This document shows, piece by piece, positions 9,802 to 18,760 of a stretch of DNA of 64,000 nucleotides (positions are counted from its first letter, which is position 1; every line of letters starts with the position of its first letter). The DNA is from Terriglobales bacterium (GTDB taxonomy: Bacteria; Acidobacteriota; Terriglobia; Terriglobales; Acidobacteriaceae), in assembly GCA_035651455.1 (NCBI GenBank), contig DASRFR010000013.1:29741-93740 (forward strand). The letters are read 5' to 3'. The notes below the pieces were generated by a model that was not told the origin of the DNA, searched no databases, and saw nothing but the letters and a program-made list of their open reading frames with translations. A program made the translations under genes and the position numbers.

Positions 9802-11382
9802 CTAAATCGGGTTAAACTCCCGGTTCAAAATCATCGCCTCGCTGATCCTGCGCGCTTCCGCGAAAGTCTCCGGAGTCCCCGGATCCCGTGAAGGATTGGC
9901 CAGCAGCTTCGTTAACTCTTGGTCGAACAATTGACCGATCAGCTCCGGAGTGTGTTTTACCGCCTTGCCCGAGTCGTCCATGATCACGACTTCATTGCGG
10001 TGGCGCATCCTTTGCGCGATCATTAGCCGGTAAATGCGGTCAGTCGCCAGGTCTTCCATGTAGCCGTCGAGCAGGCTCGCTCCCTTGCCGTTCAACACGC
10101 CGTTGCGGTAACGGATCACGGTGCGAATGGCCGCTCTGGTTCCATTCAGCGTGCGTTGCCCAACCCCTTCCGGCGCCGGCCGGAGGTCCGGATACCGTTC
10201 AGCGTGCGGCCGCCGCGATTGCAGCTGATTGGGATACGGGAACTGCTCCAACGCGATCTGGTTCTGGTCGGGGTGTCCCGTCCAGGCACCGTCCATCAGG
10301 CAGTCCGCTTCGTTTTTCTTGTCTTTTTCCAGTACCGCCAGCGCACGCGCGTTCAGTTCGGCATCTTCGCGGCTCGGATAAAGCGCGGTCATCCCGCCGA
10401 TCGCGAGTACGCCTCGCTTGTGGCAGATCTCGGGCATCAACTCGCGCAGGTTCTGGAAAAACGCGACATTGTGCGGAATCGTGTTCCGGTCCGGCAGCAC
10501 CCAGGCCGGATCGTCCAGGTTGAAATGGATGAGGCTGGCCATGTAATCCCAGCGCCCCAGGTTGAGCCCCACAATGTGATTCTGCAGGTTATAGAGGAAC
10601 TCCTCCATCTGAAACGCCAAAGGGTGTGACTCAACCAGCGCCATACACTTGATGTAGTCGCGAGGCCAGCCGCGCATCTCGGCAATGGCCTGGAATAGAT
10701 CGCGCCACCACAGCGCTTCGTCGGCAGATTCCGACTTCGGAATGTAAAACGAGAGCGGGTGCTTCAGCTCGCCGGGATCCGCTCGGAAGGCCACTCGCGC
10801 CACGTCGAACAGAGAGGCCGACATCAACTGATCGCCAAAAATTCCCGCCTGGCTGATGTGCAAGCCGCGAGGCCGAATCCAGATCACTGTCTGGCTCGGC
10901 TGGATGCCAACAACCTTACTGCGCTTCTTGTCGTAGTAGGTCAAGGTGCCGCGCAGTGCCTGCAGAATGTTATCGGCGCCCACGCGCTGGTGTTCCCATT
11001 CGTTGACGGTCGAGTCTTCCAAGTCGAGCATCACGCCCGGCGCCCCGGAGTTCAGCATTTTCACCACGAGCTCGGCGTCATCGGCGGGGCCAGTCATCTG
11101 ATTGCGCTGGTCCTGGCAAAACTCAGGCAGGTCGATTCGCCAGCCGTTTCTCACCGCTTCCGAAGGATAGCGATGCGCCGGTTTGCTGCCCTGCAGGGAC
11201 TCCTCCAGCACCCTGCGGCGGTCTTCGATCAGGCTCTGCTGCCGCGGGGTGAAACGCCGGTGAAGAGGCTCCAGGAATCCAAGAAAGCCCTCCGGCAGCT
11301 CCTGGTCAAGGCGGCAGTCCGCCGGCGGAGCGTTTAATTGAAAGCCTGTGGATGTAACCTGATTCGCGGAAATGCTCGCCAT
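9802..11382 (-). CDS. aceB: malate synthase A
   Basis: About 526 aa with typical malate synthase A sequence (...DLEDS..., ...WDYMAS...). It lies directly upstream of aceA. The ATG at 11382 is preceded by GGTGAGGTGA. Confidence 0.9.
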   Translation of the reverse strand: MASISANQVTSTGFQLNAPPADCRLDQELPEGFLGFLEPLHRRFTPRQQSLIEDRRRVLEESLQGSKPAHRYPSEAVRNGWRIDLPEFCQDQRNQMTGPADDAELVVKMLNSGAPGVMLDLEDSTVNEWEHQRVGADNILQALRGTLTYYDKKRSKVVGIQPSQTVIWIRPRGLHISQAGIFGDQLMSASLFDVARVAFRADPGELKHPLSFYIPKSESADEALWWRDLFQAIAEMRGWPRDYIKCMALVESHPLAFQMEEFLYNLQNHIVGLNLGRWDYMASLIHFNLDDPAWVLPDRNTIPHNVAFFQNLRELMPEICHKRGVLAIGGMTALYPSREDAELNARALAVLEKDKKNEADCLMDGAWTGHPDQNQIALEQFPYPNQLQSRRPHAERYPDLRPAPEGVGQRTLNGTRAAIRTVIRYRNGVLNGKGASLLDGYMEDLATDRIYRLMIAQRMRHRNEVVIMDDSGKAVKHTPELIGQLFDQELTKLLANPSRDPGTPETFAEARRISEAMILNREFNPI

Positions 11383-11692
11383 TTTCACCTCACCTGCCTG
11401 ATGCATTTGCCCAAAAACCGCGGCCCTAAGATGCTGCTCAGAGCAGGAAAGTCAGCTCGGCTGTGCGGCTTTGCGGCGGGACGGGCTTAAAAACGCCGAT
11501 TATGGGAACACGTCCCCCCACTCACGCGCCCTCTTTAAAATGTGAGGGAATTCGCAGGAGGTGTCTGTCACCGCGCTTTAGCTGGCCGGGTCCGCCCCAC
11601 TCGCAGACCGGCACCCCACAGCACTGAAGCGGATTTTGGGCTAGGTCCCGCGCACGGTCAAACGCATTGTTTCTATCATTCCGATCAATTTT

Positions 11693-11709
11693 TATGATCG
11701 ACTAAGGGT
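11693..11709. promoter_or_regulatory. candidate LysR-type (T-N11-A) operator in the aceB/lysR divergent region
   Basis: GATCA-ATTTTTA-TGATC dyad, located 62 bp upstream of the LysR start. Confidence 0.25.
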
Positions 11710-11770
11710 CGGTCGATAATAAAAGTTGTTGTTCTCAGGGCAACCCTGTTGCAGAATCCGATAGCAAACT

Positions 11771-12706
11771 ATGGAGCTCGATCAGATTGAAACGTTCCTG
11801 GCGGTGGCCACGTTTGGAGGTTTCCATCGCGCGGCTGAAGCTTTGCGGGTCAGCCAGCCGGCGGTTAGCGCCCGCATCAAAGCCCTGGAAGATTCTCTCG
11901 GGGTCAGCCTTTTCGTGCGTTCGTCGCGTGGACTGACTCTTTCTGAAGCCGGACGCATCTTGCGTCCCCATGCCGAACAACTTTTGCGCACCGCTTCACT
12001 GGCACGGCAGGCAGTGCACCAGCTGCAGCCGGAGAGCGGTCCCCTGCAGATTGCGGCGGCACTCTCGATCTCGGTGTACTTCCTGCCCGACATTCTGAAA
12101 AATTTTCAACAGTCCCATCCCAATCTCGCCATTAACATTCGTTCCGGTCATTCTAAGGAAGTGCTTGAGATGGTCCTCCAGGAAGAAGCCGAAATTGGTC
12201 TCGCGCGTTCGTTGCAACACCCGGAGGTCGAGACCATTAGTCTCGGCGACGACCCACTGCTGCTGGTAACCCATCCTAAGCATGGCCCGAAGCACTCGCG
12301 CCACCCGCGCCTGGAGGAAGTCGCGAACTGGCCGCTGGTATTTTTCGACAAGGGTTCCAGTGACTGGACACTCACCCACAGCCTGTTTCGCCGCGCCGGC
12401 CTGGTTCCGAACGTGACGATGGAAGTGGACACCATCGAGACCGCTAAACGCATGGTCGAGCGCGGGCTGGGGCTCTCGTTCCTTCCACGCATGGCTGTGG
12501 GACAGGAAATCCGTCGCAACAAGCTTTCTGTGGTGAAAATTCTCGACGCCGAACCGCTGGGTAGAAGTCTCGACCTTATCCACCCTCGACATCATCCGCT
12601 TCGCTCCGAAGCGCTCGCCTTCCTGCAAATTGTGCGCGAAGCTATGAACGCAGTGTCGGCATTTGATGGACGGTCCGTAATGGGAATAAAAAAACGCGGA
12701 AAATAA
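11771..12706 (+). CDS. LysR family transcriptional regulator
   Basis: The N-terminal HTH is MELDQIETFLAVATFGGFHRAAEALRVSQPAVSARIKALE. It is divergent from aceB-aceA. Confidence 0.85.
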   Translation: MELDQIETFLAVATFGGFHRAAEALRVSQPAVSARIKALEDSLGVSLFVRSSRGLTLSEAGRILRPHAEQLLRTASLARQAVHQLQPESGPLQIAAALSISVYFLPDILKNFQQSHPNLAINIRSGHSKEVLEMVLQEEAEIGLARSLQHPEVETISLGDDPLLLVTHPKHGPKHSRHPRLEEVANWPLVFFDKGSSDWTLTHSLFRRAGLVPNVTMEVDTIETAKRMVERGLGLSFLPRMAVGQEIRRNKLSVVKILDAEPLGRSLDLIHPRHHPLRSEALAFLQIVREAMNAVSAFDGRSVMGIKKRGK

Positions 12707-12914
12707 CCTCCTGCCGCGATGTAACCGATAGCACATGAATTGCGCAATCAAACCTGCACATCGAGCTGTGCAGATTCAAAGCGTGTTGTAACTTCGTCCT
12801 ACTTTTCCTACGCTCTCCACAAACAGGACCACATCTCCACACAATGTACACAGCGACAGCTCTCTTTTGAGTTGCGGGAGAGAGAGTGAAAGCGCACATT
12901 ACATCTCGTCCCTT

Positions 12915-13445
12915 ATGGCATCCGGTTCGGCTCTTGCGCGTCCTCAATTTCTGGAGTGGTTTCCCTTTTACGTTCACCGCCTCATTTATGGTGACGCGCG
13001 CTACCGTGCCCTGGAAGACTTTCAGCAAGCGTGGTACTTGAACCTGCTATTTGCGGCATGGATTTCGGAGCGGCCCGGATATCTGCTGGACGACGGGCAG
13101 TTGTGGCGTCTCGCGAATGCGAAAAAACGGTATTACTTCGAGCAGCACTCGGAGCCCGTGATGCGCATGTTTGAGCGTGAGAGCCCGACAACTGACGGGA
13201 CAGTCTGGATTTGTCACCGGCAACTTCTCGGCATCTATGACGAACAGGTCCTGAAATTCCACAGGAGAAAGCGTAAATCCACTAAATCCACAAGAGACGA
13301 CCTGACCTCTTATCTTAATTTTGAAGGTACACTCAAGAAAGACAATGCAAGACAGGAATGCGAAATACATCCGCACTCTGGTCGCACGGAGTGGGGCACT
13401 TGCTGGGGATGTTATGAGCAACAGTACAGCTCGAACTGCGGATGA
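12915..13445 (+). CDS. DUF1376 (YdaU-like, phage replication-associated) family protein
   Basis: FLEWFPFYVHRLIYGD...AWYLNLLFAAWISE...LLDDGQLWRLA resembles the DUF1376 N-terminal signature. The start is uncertain (12867 in the ORF track, or the ATG at 12915). Confidence 0.55.
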   Translation: MASGSALARPQFLEWFPFYVHRLIYGDARYRALEDFQQAWYLNLLFAAWISERPGYLLDDGQLWRLANAKKRYYFEQHSEPVMRMFERESPTTDGTVWICHRQLLGIYDEQVLKFHRRKRKSTKSTRDDLTSYLNFEGTLKKDNARQECEIHPHSGRTEWGTCWGCYEQQYSSNCG

Positions 13446-14184
13446 AGCCGCCTCGGTCTGTTCCGTTTGTGGGGGAACTGGCTGGCGTGAAATTTCCAAC
13501 GGCAACGAACGCCGGGTAGCTCGTTGCGGGTGCTTCTTTCGGTCCCGCGCCGATAACCTGCTGGCTTCGGCCCGGATTCCCACTCGCTATATGCGCTGCG
13601 AGTTTTCCAGCTATCACACCGAGGGGAATCCCGCTCTCGGCGCCGCCAAGATGAGCGCCGTGAAATTTGTCGAGCAATATCCCATTGATAAAACCGGCCT
13701 GATGTTTATCGGCTCGATTGGCACGGGAAAGACTCACCTTGCGGTAGCGACCATCAAAGAGTTAATAACCAGAAAAGGCGTGCACTGCCTGTTCTACGAA
13801 TACCGCGACCTGCTCAAGGAAATTCAGAACTCGTACGATGAAGCAGCGCAGAGCACGGAGTTGCAGGTCCTGCGGCCCATCTTCGAAACTGAAGTTCTGG
13901 TTCTGGATGAGTTGGGCGCGATCAAGCCCAGCCAGTGGGTGTGGGATACCGTGAGCTTCATTCTCAACACCCGGTATAACGACAATCGCACCACCATTAT
14001 CACCACCAACCTGCTGGACGAACCCGCGCTCGCCGCTTCTGGCCCGCGTTCTTCGATGCGCACAGATACGTTGGGCGATCGTATTGGTGAACGCATGCGT
14101 TCCCGGTTGCACGAGATGTGCCGCACCGTTCGCGTCCAAGGCGAAGACTATCGCGACAAGTTTCGCCTCGGCGGACTTCGGTAA
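13414..14184 (+). CDS. DnaC/DnaI-like AAA+ helicase-loader family ATPase with an N-terminal Cys4 cluster
   Basis: It has CSVCGGTGW...ARCGC, Walker A GSIGTGKTHLAVA and Walker B VLVLDELG. Overall it resembles IstB/DnaC. The start is placed at the ATG at 13414 and overlaps the upstream gene by 32 nt. Confidence 0.75.
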   Translation: MSNSTARTADEAASVCSVCGGTGWREISNGNERRVARCGCFFRSRADNLLASARIPTRYMRCEFSSYHTEGNPALGAAKMSAVKFVEQYPIDKTGLMFIGSIGTGKTHLAVATIKELITRKGVHCLFYEYRDLLKEIQNSYDEAAQSTELQVLRPIFETEVLVLDELGAIKPSQWVWDTVSFILNTRYNDNRTTIITTNLLDEPALAASGPRSSMRTDTLGDRIGERMRSRLHEMCRTVRVQGEDYRDKFRLGGLR

Positions 14185-14297
14185 ACGAAATCCAGAGAAC
14201 CATTGAGGCTGTGAGTCGTGTTTGTGAGTCAGTTCACCCCTGCTCCACCTGGCTCAATTCAATTCTTGCCTGCCTGTTCGTAGCCTAAAATTGAAGC

Positions 14298-15533
14298 GTG
14301 CTGAGTCAGCGCATCGAGTTCACGCCTGAGAACGCTGCGGCCATCTTTGCCGACGTCCCTGCCGCGCCGGCCGTGTTCGTCCTGCGTGCTGAGGATCCCC
14401 AAGCTGAGCCCTACATCACCAAGACCGCCAACCTTCGCCGACGCTTGCAACGCCTGCTCGGAGTTTCCGACGAGCGCAGTAAACGTCTCAATTTGCGCGA
14501 TCGTGTCCGCTGGATCGAGTACTCGCCTACCGGTTCTGACTTCGAGTCCGGATTTCTGCTTTACCGGCTTCTTCGCACCCACTTCCCGCGAACCTACTCG
14601 CAACGACTCCGGCTTCGCTTCGCCCCATTTATTAAGCTCCACCGGGAGAATGAATATCCACGCGCGTCCATCACCAACCGATTAGGTCGTCTAAACGGAG
14701 GCTCAGTTTATTACGGACCGTTCCCATCGCGAACGGCTGCCGAGAAGTTCGCCAACGACTCATTGGATTTCTTCAAAATGCGGCGCTGTGTCGAAGATTT
14801 GCATCCCGATCCCGGCTTTCCCGGTTGCGTTTATTCCGAAATGAAGATGTGTCTCGCGCCCTGCTTCAAGGGGTGCACCGACCAGCAATACCAGGATGAA
14901 GTCGGACGCGTGCAGGCTTATTTGGATTCGCGCGGCCATTCGTTGCTGCGCGCATTTGCCGACGAGCGTGAGCAGGCCTCCAACAACTTGGAATTTGAAA
15001 ACGCCGCGATCGCCCACGGCAAGCTGGAAAAGCTGGCCCCGCTTCTCAACTCCCTGCCGGAAATCGTGCAGCGGATTGATCGGCTGGACGCGGTCATGGT
15101 GCAGCCATCGGCGCAGGCTGGTTCGGTCACCCTGTTTCGCATTGTTCAGGGCTGCATTGCCGATCCCGCCAGCTTTGCGATTCAATCGTCCGAGCACACC
15201 AAATCGCAGTCCATGGAGTCGCGCATCGAGGAGCTGCTGAATACGATCCCTGCCCCGACCCCAGGCAGCACGCTGGGGTTGATGGAGCACCTGGCGATGT
15301 TGAAGCGCTGGTACTACCGTGGCAGCCGTTTGGGTGAGATCTTCTTTGCTGACAGTAAAGGCGGTTTGCCAATGCGCCGCATCGTTCGCGGCATCGGGCG
15401 CGTCTATAGAAATGAGGAGCCCGAGCCCGATGCTGGTCTGGCGTCGGGTTATGCGGCTTCCAATCCAAACGGAAGCAACGCCGATCAGCCATGCCCAGAA
15501 CTAAAGCTACCGCCAAAAGAAGCCCAGCACTGA
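14298..15533 (+). CDS. UvrC N-terminal-half homologue (Cho-like: GIY-YIG, Cys-rich and UVR domains, no C-terminal endonuclease/HhH)
   Basis: The GIY-YIG-like region is AVFVL...PYITKTANLRRRLQRLL. The Cys motif is RRC...GCVYSEMKMCLAPC. The UVR-like helix is LEFENAAIAHGKLEKL. At 411 aa it is much shorter than UvrC. Confidence 0.65.
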   Translation: MLSQRIEFTPENAAAIFADVPAAPAVFVLRAEDPQAEPYITKTANLRRRLQRLLGVSDERSKRLNLRDRVRWIEYSPTGSDFESGFLLYRLLRTHFPRTYSQRLRLRFAPFIKLHRENEYPRASITNRLGRLNGGSVYYGPFPSRTAAEKFANDSLDFFKMRRCVEDLHPDPGFPGCVYSEMKMCLAPCFKGCTDQQYQDEVGRVQAYLDSRGHSLLRAFADEREQASNNLEFENAAIAHGKLEKLAPLLNSLPEIVQRIDRLDAVMVQPSAQAGSVTLFRIVQGCIADPASFAIQSSEHTKSQSMESRIEELLNTIPAPTPGSTLGLMEHLAMLKRWYYRGSRLGEIFFADSKGGLPMRRIVRGIGRVYRNEEPEPDAGLASGYAASNPNGSNADQPCPELKLPPKEAQH

Positions 15534-16009
15534 ACAACGATAAATCTTTGCGTGATCACCTTGTTTATGTACTCAAGGGAGGCGGCGCTCACGCTAGCTT
15601 TGATGACGTGTTTGCCGACTTTCCCGCCGAGCTGCGCGGAAAGAAGCCAGCCGGGTTCCCACACTCCGCATGGATGCTTCTGGAACACCTCCGCATTGCG
15701 CAATGGGACATCCTCGACTTCAGTGTGAATCCCAAGTACAAGAGCATGGACTGGCCCTCAGGGTACTGGGCGCAAACCGAAGCCCCGCCCGACGCGGCGG
15801 CCTGGAATAATAGTATCGAGCAATTTCGGGAAGACAATGGAAAGGTACAGAAGCTGGTCTCTAATCCGGCGACGGACCTGTACGCGAAACTCCCCTGGGG
15901 CAATGGCCAGACGATTTTGCGGGAAGCGTTGTTAGTTGCTGACCACAACGCTTACCATCTTGCTCAAGTGGTAGACGTTCGCAGGTTGCTCGGGTGCTGG
16001 AAGGAATGA
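15491..16009 (+). CDS. DinB family protein
   Basis: 172 aa. ...MLLEHLRIAQWDILDF...ADHNAYHLAQV... matches the DinB/YfiT-like four-helix pattern. It overlaps the upstream gene by 43 nt. Confidence 0.7.
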   Translation: MPRTKATAKRSPALNNDKSLRDHLVYVLKGGGAHASFDDVFADFPAELRGKKPAGFPHSAWMLLEHLRIAQWDILDFSVNPKYKSMDWPSGYWAQTEAPPDAAAWNNSIEQFREDNGKVQKLVSNPATDLYAKLPWGNGQTILREALLVADHNAYHLAQVVDVRRLLGCWKE

Positions 16010-16025
16010 GGCAAGCCCACCGGCA

Positions 16026-16856
16026 TCAATGCTTGGCCGCTGACGACGCGATCTGCTCGTAAGTGTCTCGCCCATGGCTGTTCTGCCAAGCCTGCGCCGC
16101 TCGAATGAAGGCACGGAACATGGCCCGCGAGGGTTCGTCTTCATCCACAGAACGTTCCGGATGCCACTGGACCGCTACCACGAAGTGGTCAGGATCCGTC
16201 CCCTCCAGACCTTCAACGATGCCGTCTGCTGTGCATCGAGCGGAGACACGCAGACCCTCGCCGGGCACATCCGCACATTGGTGATGACTGGAATTTACCG
16301 GTACCTCGCGCACAGTGACATCACCCGCAGGCGGCGCGTCCATGGCTACCCTGTCGTTCCCCACGATTCTTGCCAACACCGAGCCGGGCTCGACGGCGAC
16401 CTTGTGTGCAACCGGCATCTTCCTTCCCGCTTCGTGATTTACGGTGTCACGCTGGTCTGGATCCAGCCACGCTCGAATGTCCTGGACCAGCGTACCGCCA
16501 CGATTAACATTCAGGCTTTGCAGTCCGTAACAGATACCGAAAACCGGCTTCTTGCGCAAATACGCTTCCTGGAGCAGCGCATCATCGACGGCTTCACGCG
16601 CCCCATCCGGCTCAGCGGTGGCGGGATGCCGGCATGCGTTGAATCTGGAGGGATCGACGTCGGCTCGGCTTCCGGGAAGGAGCACGCCATGGCAGCTCCC
16701 GATTAGCGCCTGGAGTTGGGCTGCTGGTAAATTCAGGGAGATTTCAACCGGCTCGCCCCCTGCCATATCCACCGCCCGCACGTATTGCGGAAGCGCACGT
16801 GCTGCGTATTCGGGATCTCCAGAGTGGGGAACAGGAATGCCAATGCGCGGGCGCAT
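16026..16856 (-). CDS. class I glutamine amidotransferase / gamma-glutamyl-GABA hydrolase family (peptidase C26)
   Basis: It has the nucleophile elbow GICYGLQ and, downstream, NSSHHQ. Confidence 0.8.
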   Translation of the reverse strand: MRPRIGIPVPHSGDPEYAARALPQYVRAVDMAGGEPVEISLNLPAAQLQALIGSCHGVLLPGSRADVDPSRFNACRHPATAEPDGAREAVDDALLQEAYLRKKPVFGICYGLQSLNVNRGGTLVQDIRAWLDPDQRDTVNHEAGRKMPVAHKVAVEPGSVLARIVGNDRVAMDAPPAGDVTVREVPVNSSHHQCADVPGEGLRVSARCTADGIVEGLEGTDPDHFVVAVQWHPERSVDEDEPSRAMFRAFIRAAQAWQNSHGRDTYEQIASSAAKH

Positions 16857-16933
16857 GCATCACATTCTAGTTTCGTAACCTGAAATTGGATATTTGAATC
16901 TCTGCAGGAAATCGCAACTCCAGTTAACACCGG

Positions 16934-17227
16934 TCACGAGCTGGAGCGGGCGATGCGAGACAATGCCTTGCTCTGCCGGTAATGGCGAATCTCGACGATC
17001 GATGAAACGACCAACGCGACCGCGGCGACTCCCATCGCGGTGGGAAACGCAATATCGCGATAAGCTGTGGTCAGATCGGCGGCAACGCCCCGGGCTTTTG
17101 CCTCCGCCAATGTTACCCCAATCCCAAGCAGCAGGCTGAGGGCGAAGGACATCAGCGTGAGAAGAAAGGTGATCACCAGAACGCGAACGGGAATGCCCCA
17201 CCAGCGGGGCTCGCGGGAGTACGACAT
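16934..17227 (-). CDS. small membrane protein, hypothetical
   Basis: 97 aa with two clear hydrophobic helices. I recognised no family. Confidence 0.4.
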   Translation of the reverse strand: MSYSREPRWWGIPVRVLVITFLLTLMSFALSLLLGIGVTLAEAKARGVAADLTTAYRDIAFPTAMGVAAVALVVSSIVEIRHYRQSKALSRIARSSS

Positions 17228-17298
17228 AACTTTCTAGCCTACACCTTCCGTGATACAAACGACCGAGCCCGCCGGCGCCGGTAGGATAGAATGAAGCC

Positions 17299-18036
17299 AT
17301 GTCCCAAGCCGCGCCCGCGATTACCCGCGCTCCATCGGAGGTAGTCCGGCAAACTCCTGTTTCCCAGGCTGCGAACGGGGTCTGTTACGCCGTTGCCGGA
17401 GAGATCACCGTCTCACCATCTGACCTCGAGCGAATGATCGCCGCCGTTCCAGCCAAAGCGGCCGCGGCCCTGCAAGGCAAGGCATATTATTTCGTGCCGC
17501 TTACGGTGAGCCAGGGTGACGAGACGGTAATTGCCGATCGCTACGACGTTGCGCTCAGCGACAACGCGGTGTGTCATCGCAACCTGGAACTGGGCAACGC
17601 GCAGTGCGTGTTCATCTCGACGCGTCTGATGGACGACAAGTTCTCTGTCGCCTTTGAGTTTTACATCAACGTGGGGCACGCCGTCGTCGATGGAGCGGGC
17701 GTCTCAGAAGCATTCGCCGAGATGGCTTGGAGCCAGGTGGAAGCTGGAGTCAAGGGAGAAACCTCGCTGGACGCCTGGGAGTCACGCAAGCTGGCGACCG
17801 GCGATGGTCCGGACCGCGAGAAGCATAAGAACGAGTACCTCGCCGCAACCTTTGCGGACGCAATCTCCATTTACCTGCTGTCGCTATATCTTGATGTGGA
17901 TTATTACGATTTGCGCGAGCGTGATTATCCTCTGCTCGCGCCGCCCGCGATGGCCGAGCGCTTGAGGAAAGTGGCGGAGCTGTTTCCGGCGAATCCCGGA
18001 TTCGAGTTCGCGATTTACTACAAGCGACGGGCGTAA
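17299..18036 (+). CDS. hypothetical protein
   Basis: 245-aa ORF with coding-like composition. I recognised no motif. Confidence 0.5.
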   Translation: MSQAAPAITRAPSEVVRQTPVSQAANGVCYAVAGEITVSPSDLERMIAAVPAKAAAALQGKAYYFVPLTVSQGDETVIADRYDVALSDNAVCHRNLELGNAQCVFISTRLMDDKFSVAFEFYINVGHAVVDGAGVSEAFAEMAWSQVEAGVKGETSLDAWESRKLATGDGPDREKHKNEYLAATFADAISIYLLSLYLDVDYYDLRERDYPLLAPPAMAERLRKVAELFPANPGFEFAIYYKRRA

Positions 18037-18070
18037 CCCCTCCCACAGATCACGCCCCTGCAGTGACGCC

Positions 18071-18592
18071 TTACGCCGCCCTCCGTGTCTCGCGTGCCGG
18101 GGTGCGTTGATCTGCCGCTGGCCTTCCGGAAAGTGAACTCGGCGCATCCAGGTGTGCACCGGGGTCAACACCCACCCCTAGTCGGTCCACCAACTCACCC
18201 CCGAGCCATCCTGTCACCAACCCCAGGGCTACCGCAATGAATGACAGCGCCAATGCTCCGCCGCTCGGTTCCGCCGGTGCCCCTCTACGCAAGAACCAGC
18301 TGATAATGAACAACACGACGACGAGAACGTTACCGGCCCCGTGCCACAAACCAATGGCTTTTGCCCTGGTACCTTGCGGGATGAACCACCAGTCGATTAG
18401 ACCTGGAATCGCGGCCAGCAGGCCGCCGATGATCCCCGCGGCGATCATCCAGAACGATATCCCAAACCACGATCTATCCCCGGTCGATAAGCCCACGACG
18501 TCAAAGGCTACAGCAGTAGCCAGCAACCCCAGGGGAAACACGATTAACATCGGGTGGATCGGGTGTCCAAGAAGTTTTGCTTTGCTTTCCAT
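18071..18592 (-). CDS. DUF2231 family membrane protein
   Basis: The N-terminus LLGHPIHPMLIVFPLGLL is followed by four TM segments. Confidence 0.7.
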   Translation of the reverse strand: MESKAKLLGHPIHPMLIVFPLGLLATAVAFDVVGLSTGDRSWFGISFWMIAAGIIGGLLAAIPGLIDWWFIPQGTRAKAIGLWHGAGNVLVVVLFIISWFLRRGAPAEPSGGALALSFIAVALGLVTGWLGGELVDRLGVGVDPGAHLDAPSSLSGRPAADQRTPARETRRAA

Positions 18593-18760
18593 GCACGCCT
18601 CCGAGCTGGAAAATTGCTCGAACCCAAGGATTTAGTTGCTCCAGAGCTATGGTGAGTTGTCGTGGGGACTGTATTTTCGAGCCGTTTGAGGGTCCCGCTG
18701 CAGCCAGGTACGTGGATCCTGGTGTACTCCCAATTCCTTTGTGGTTAAATCATCTTCCGC

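Noticed and set aside
8845-9891. 348-aa plus-strand ORF opposite isocitrate lyase
   Set aside because: The minus strand encodes an unmistakable ICL (KKCGHLGGK). The plus-strand product is Arg/Pro/His-rich with no motif. This is the typical long antisense shadow ORF of GC-rich DNA.
12867-16009. Prophage or defence island interpretation of the DUF1376/DnaC-like/UvrC-like/DinB block
   Set aside because: I see no integrase, structural, lysis or repressor genes, and no flanking direct repeats or adjacent tRNA. By eye the composition does not stand out from the flanks. I kept it as a possible domesticated module instead.
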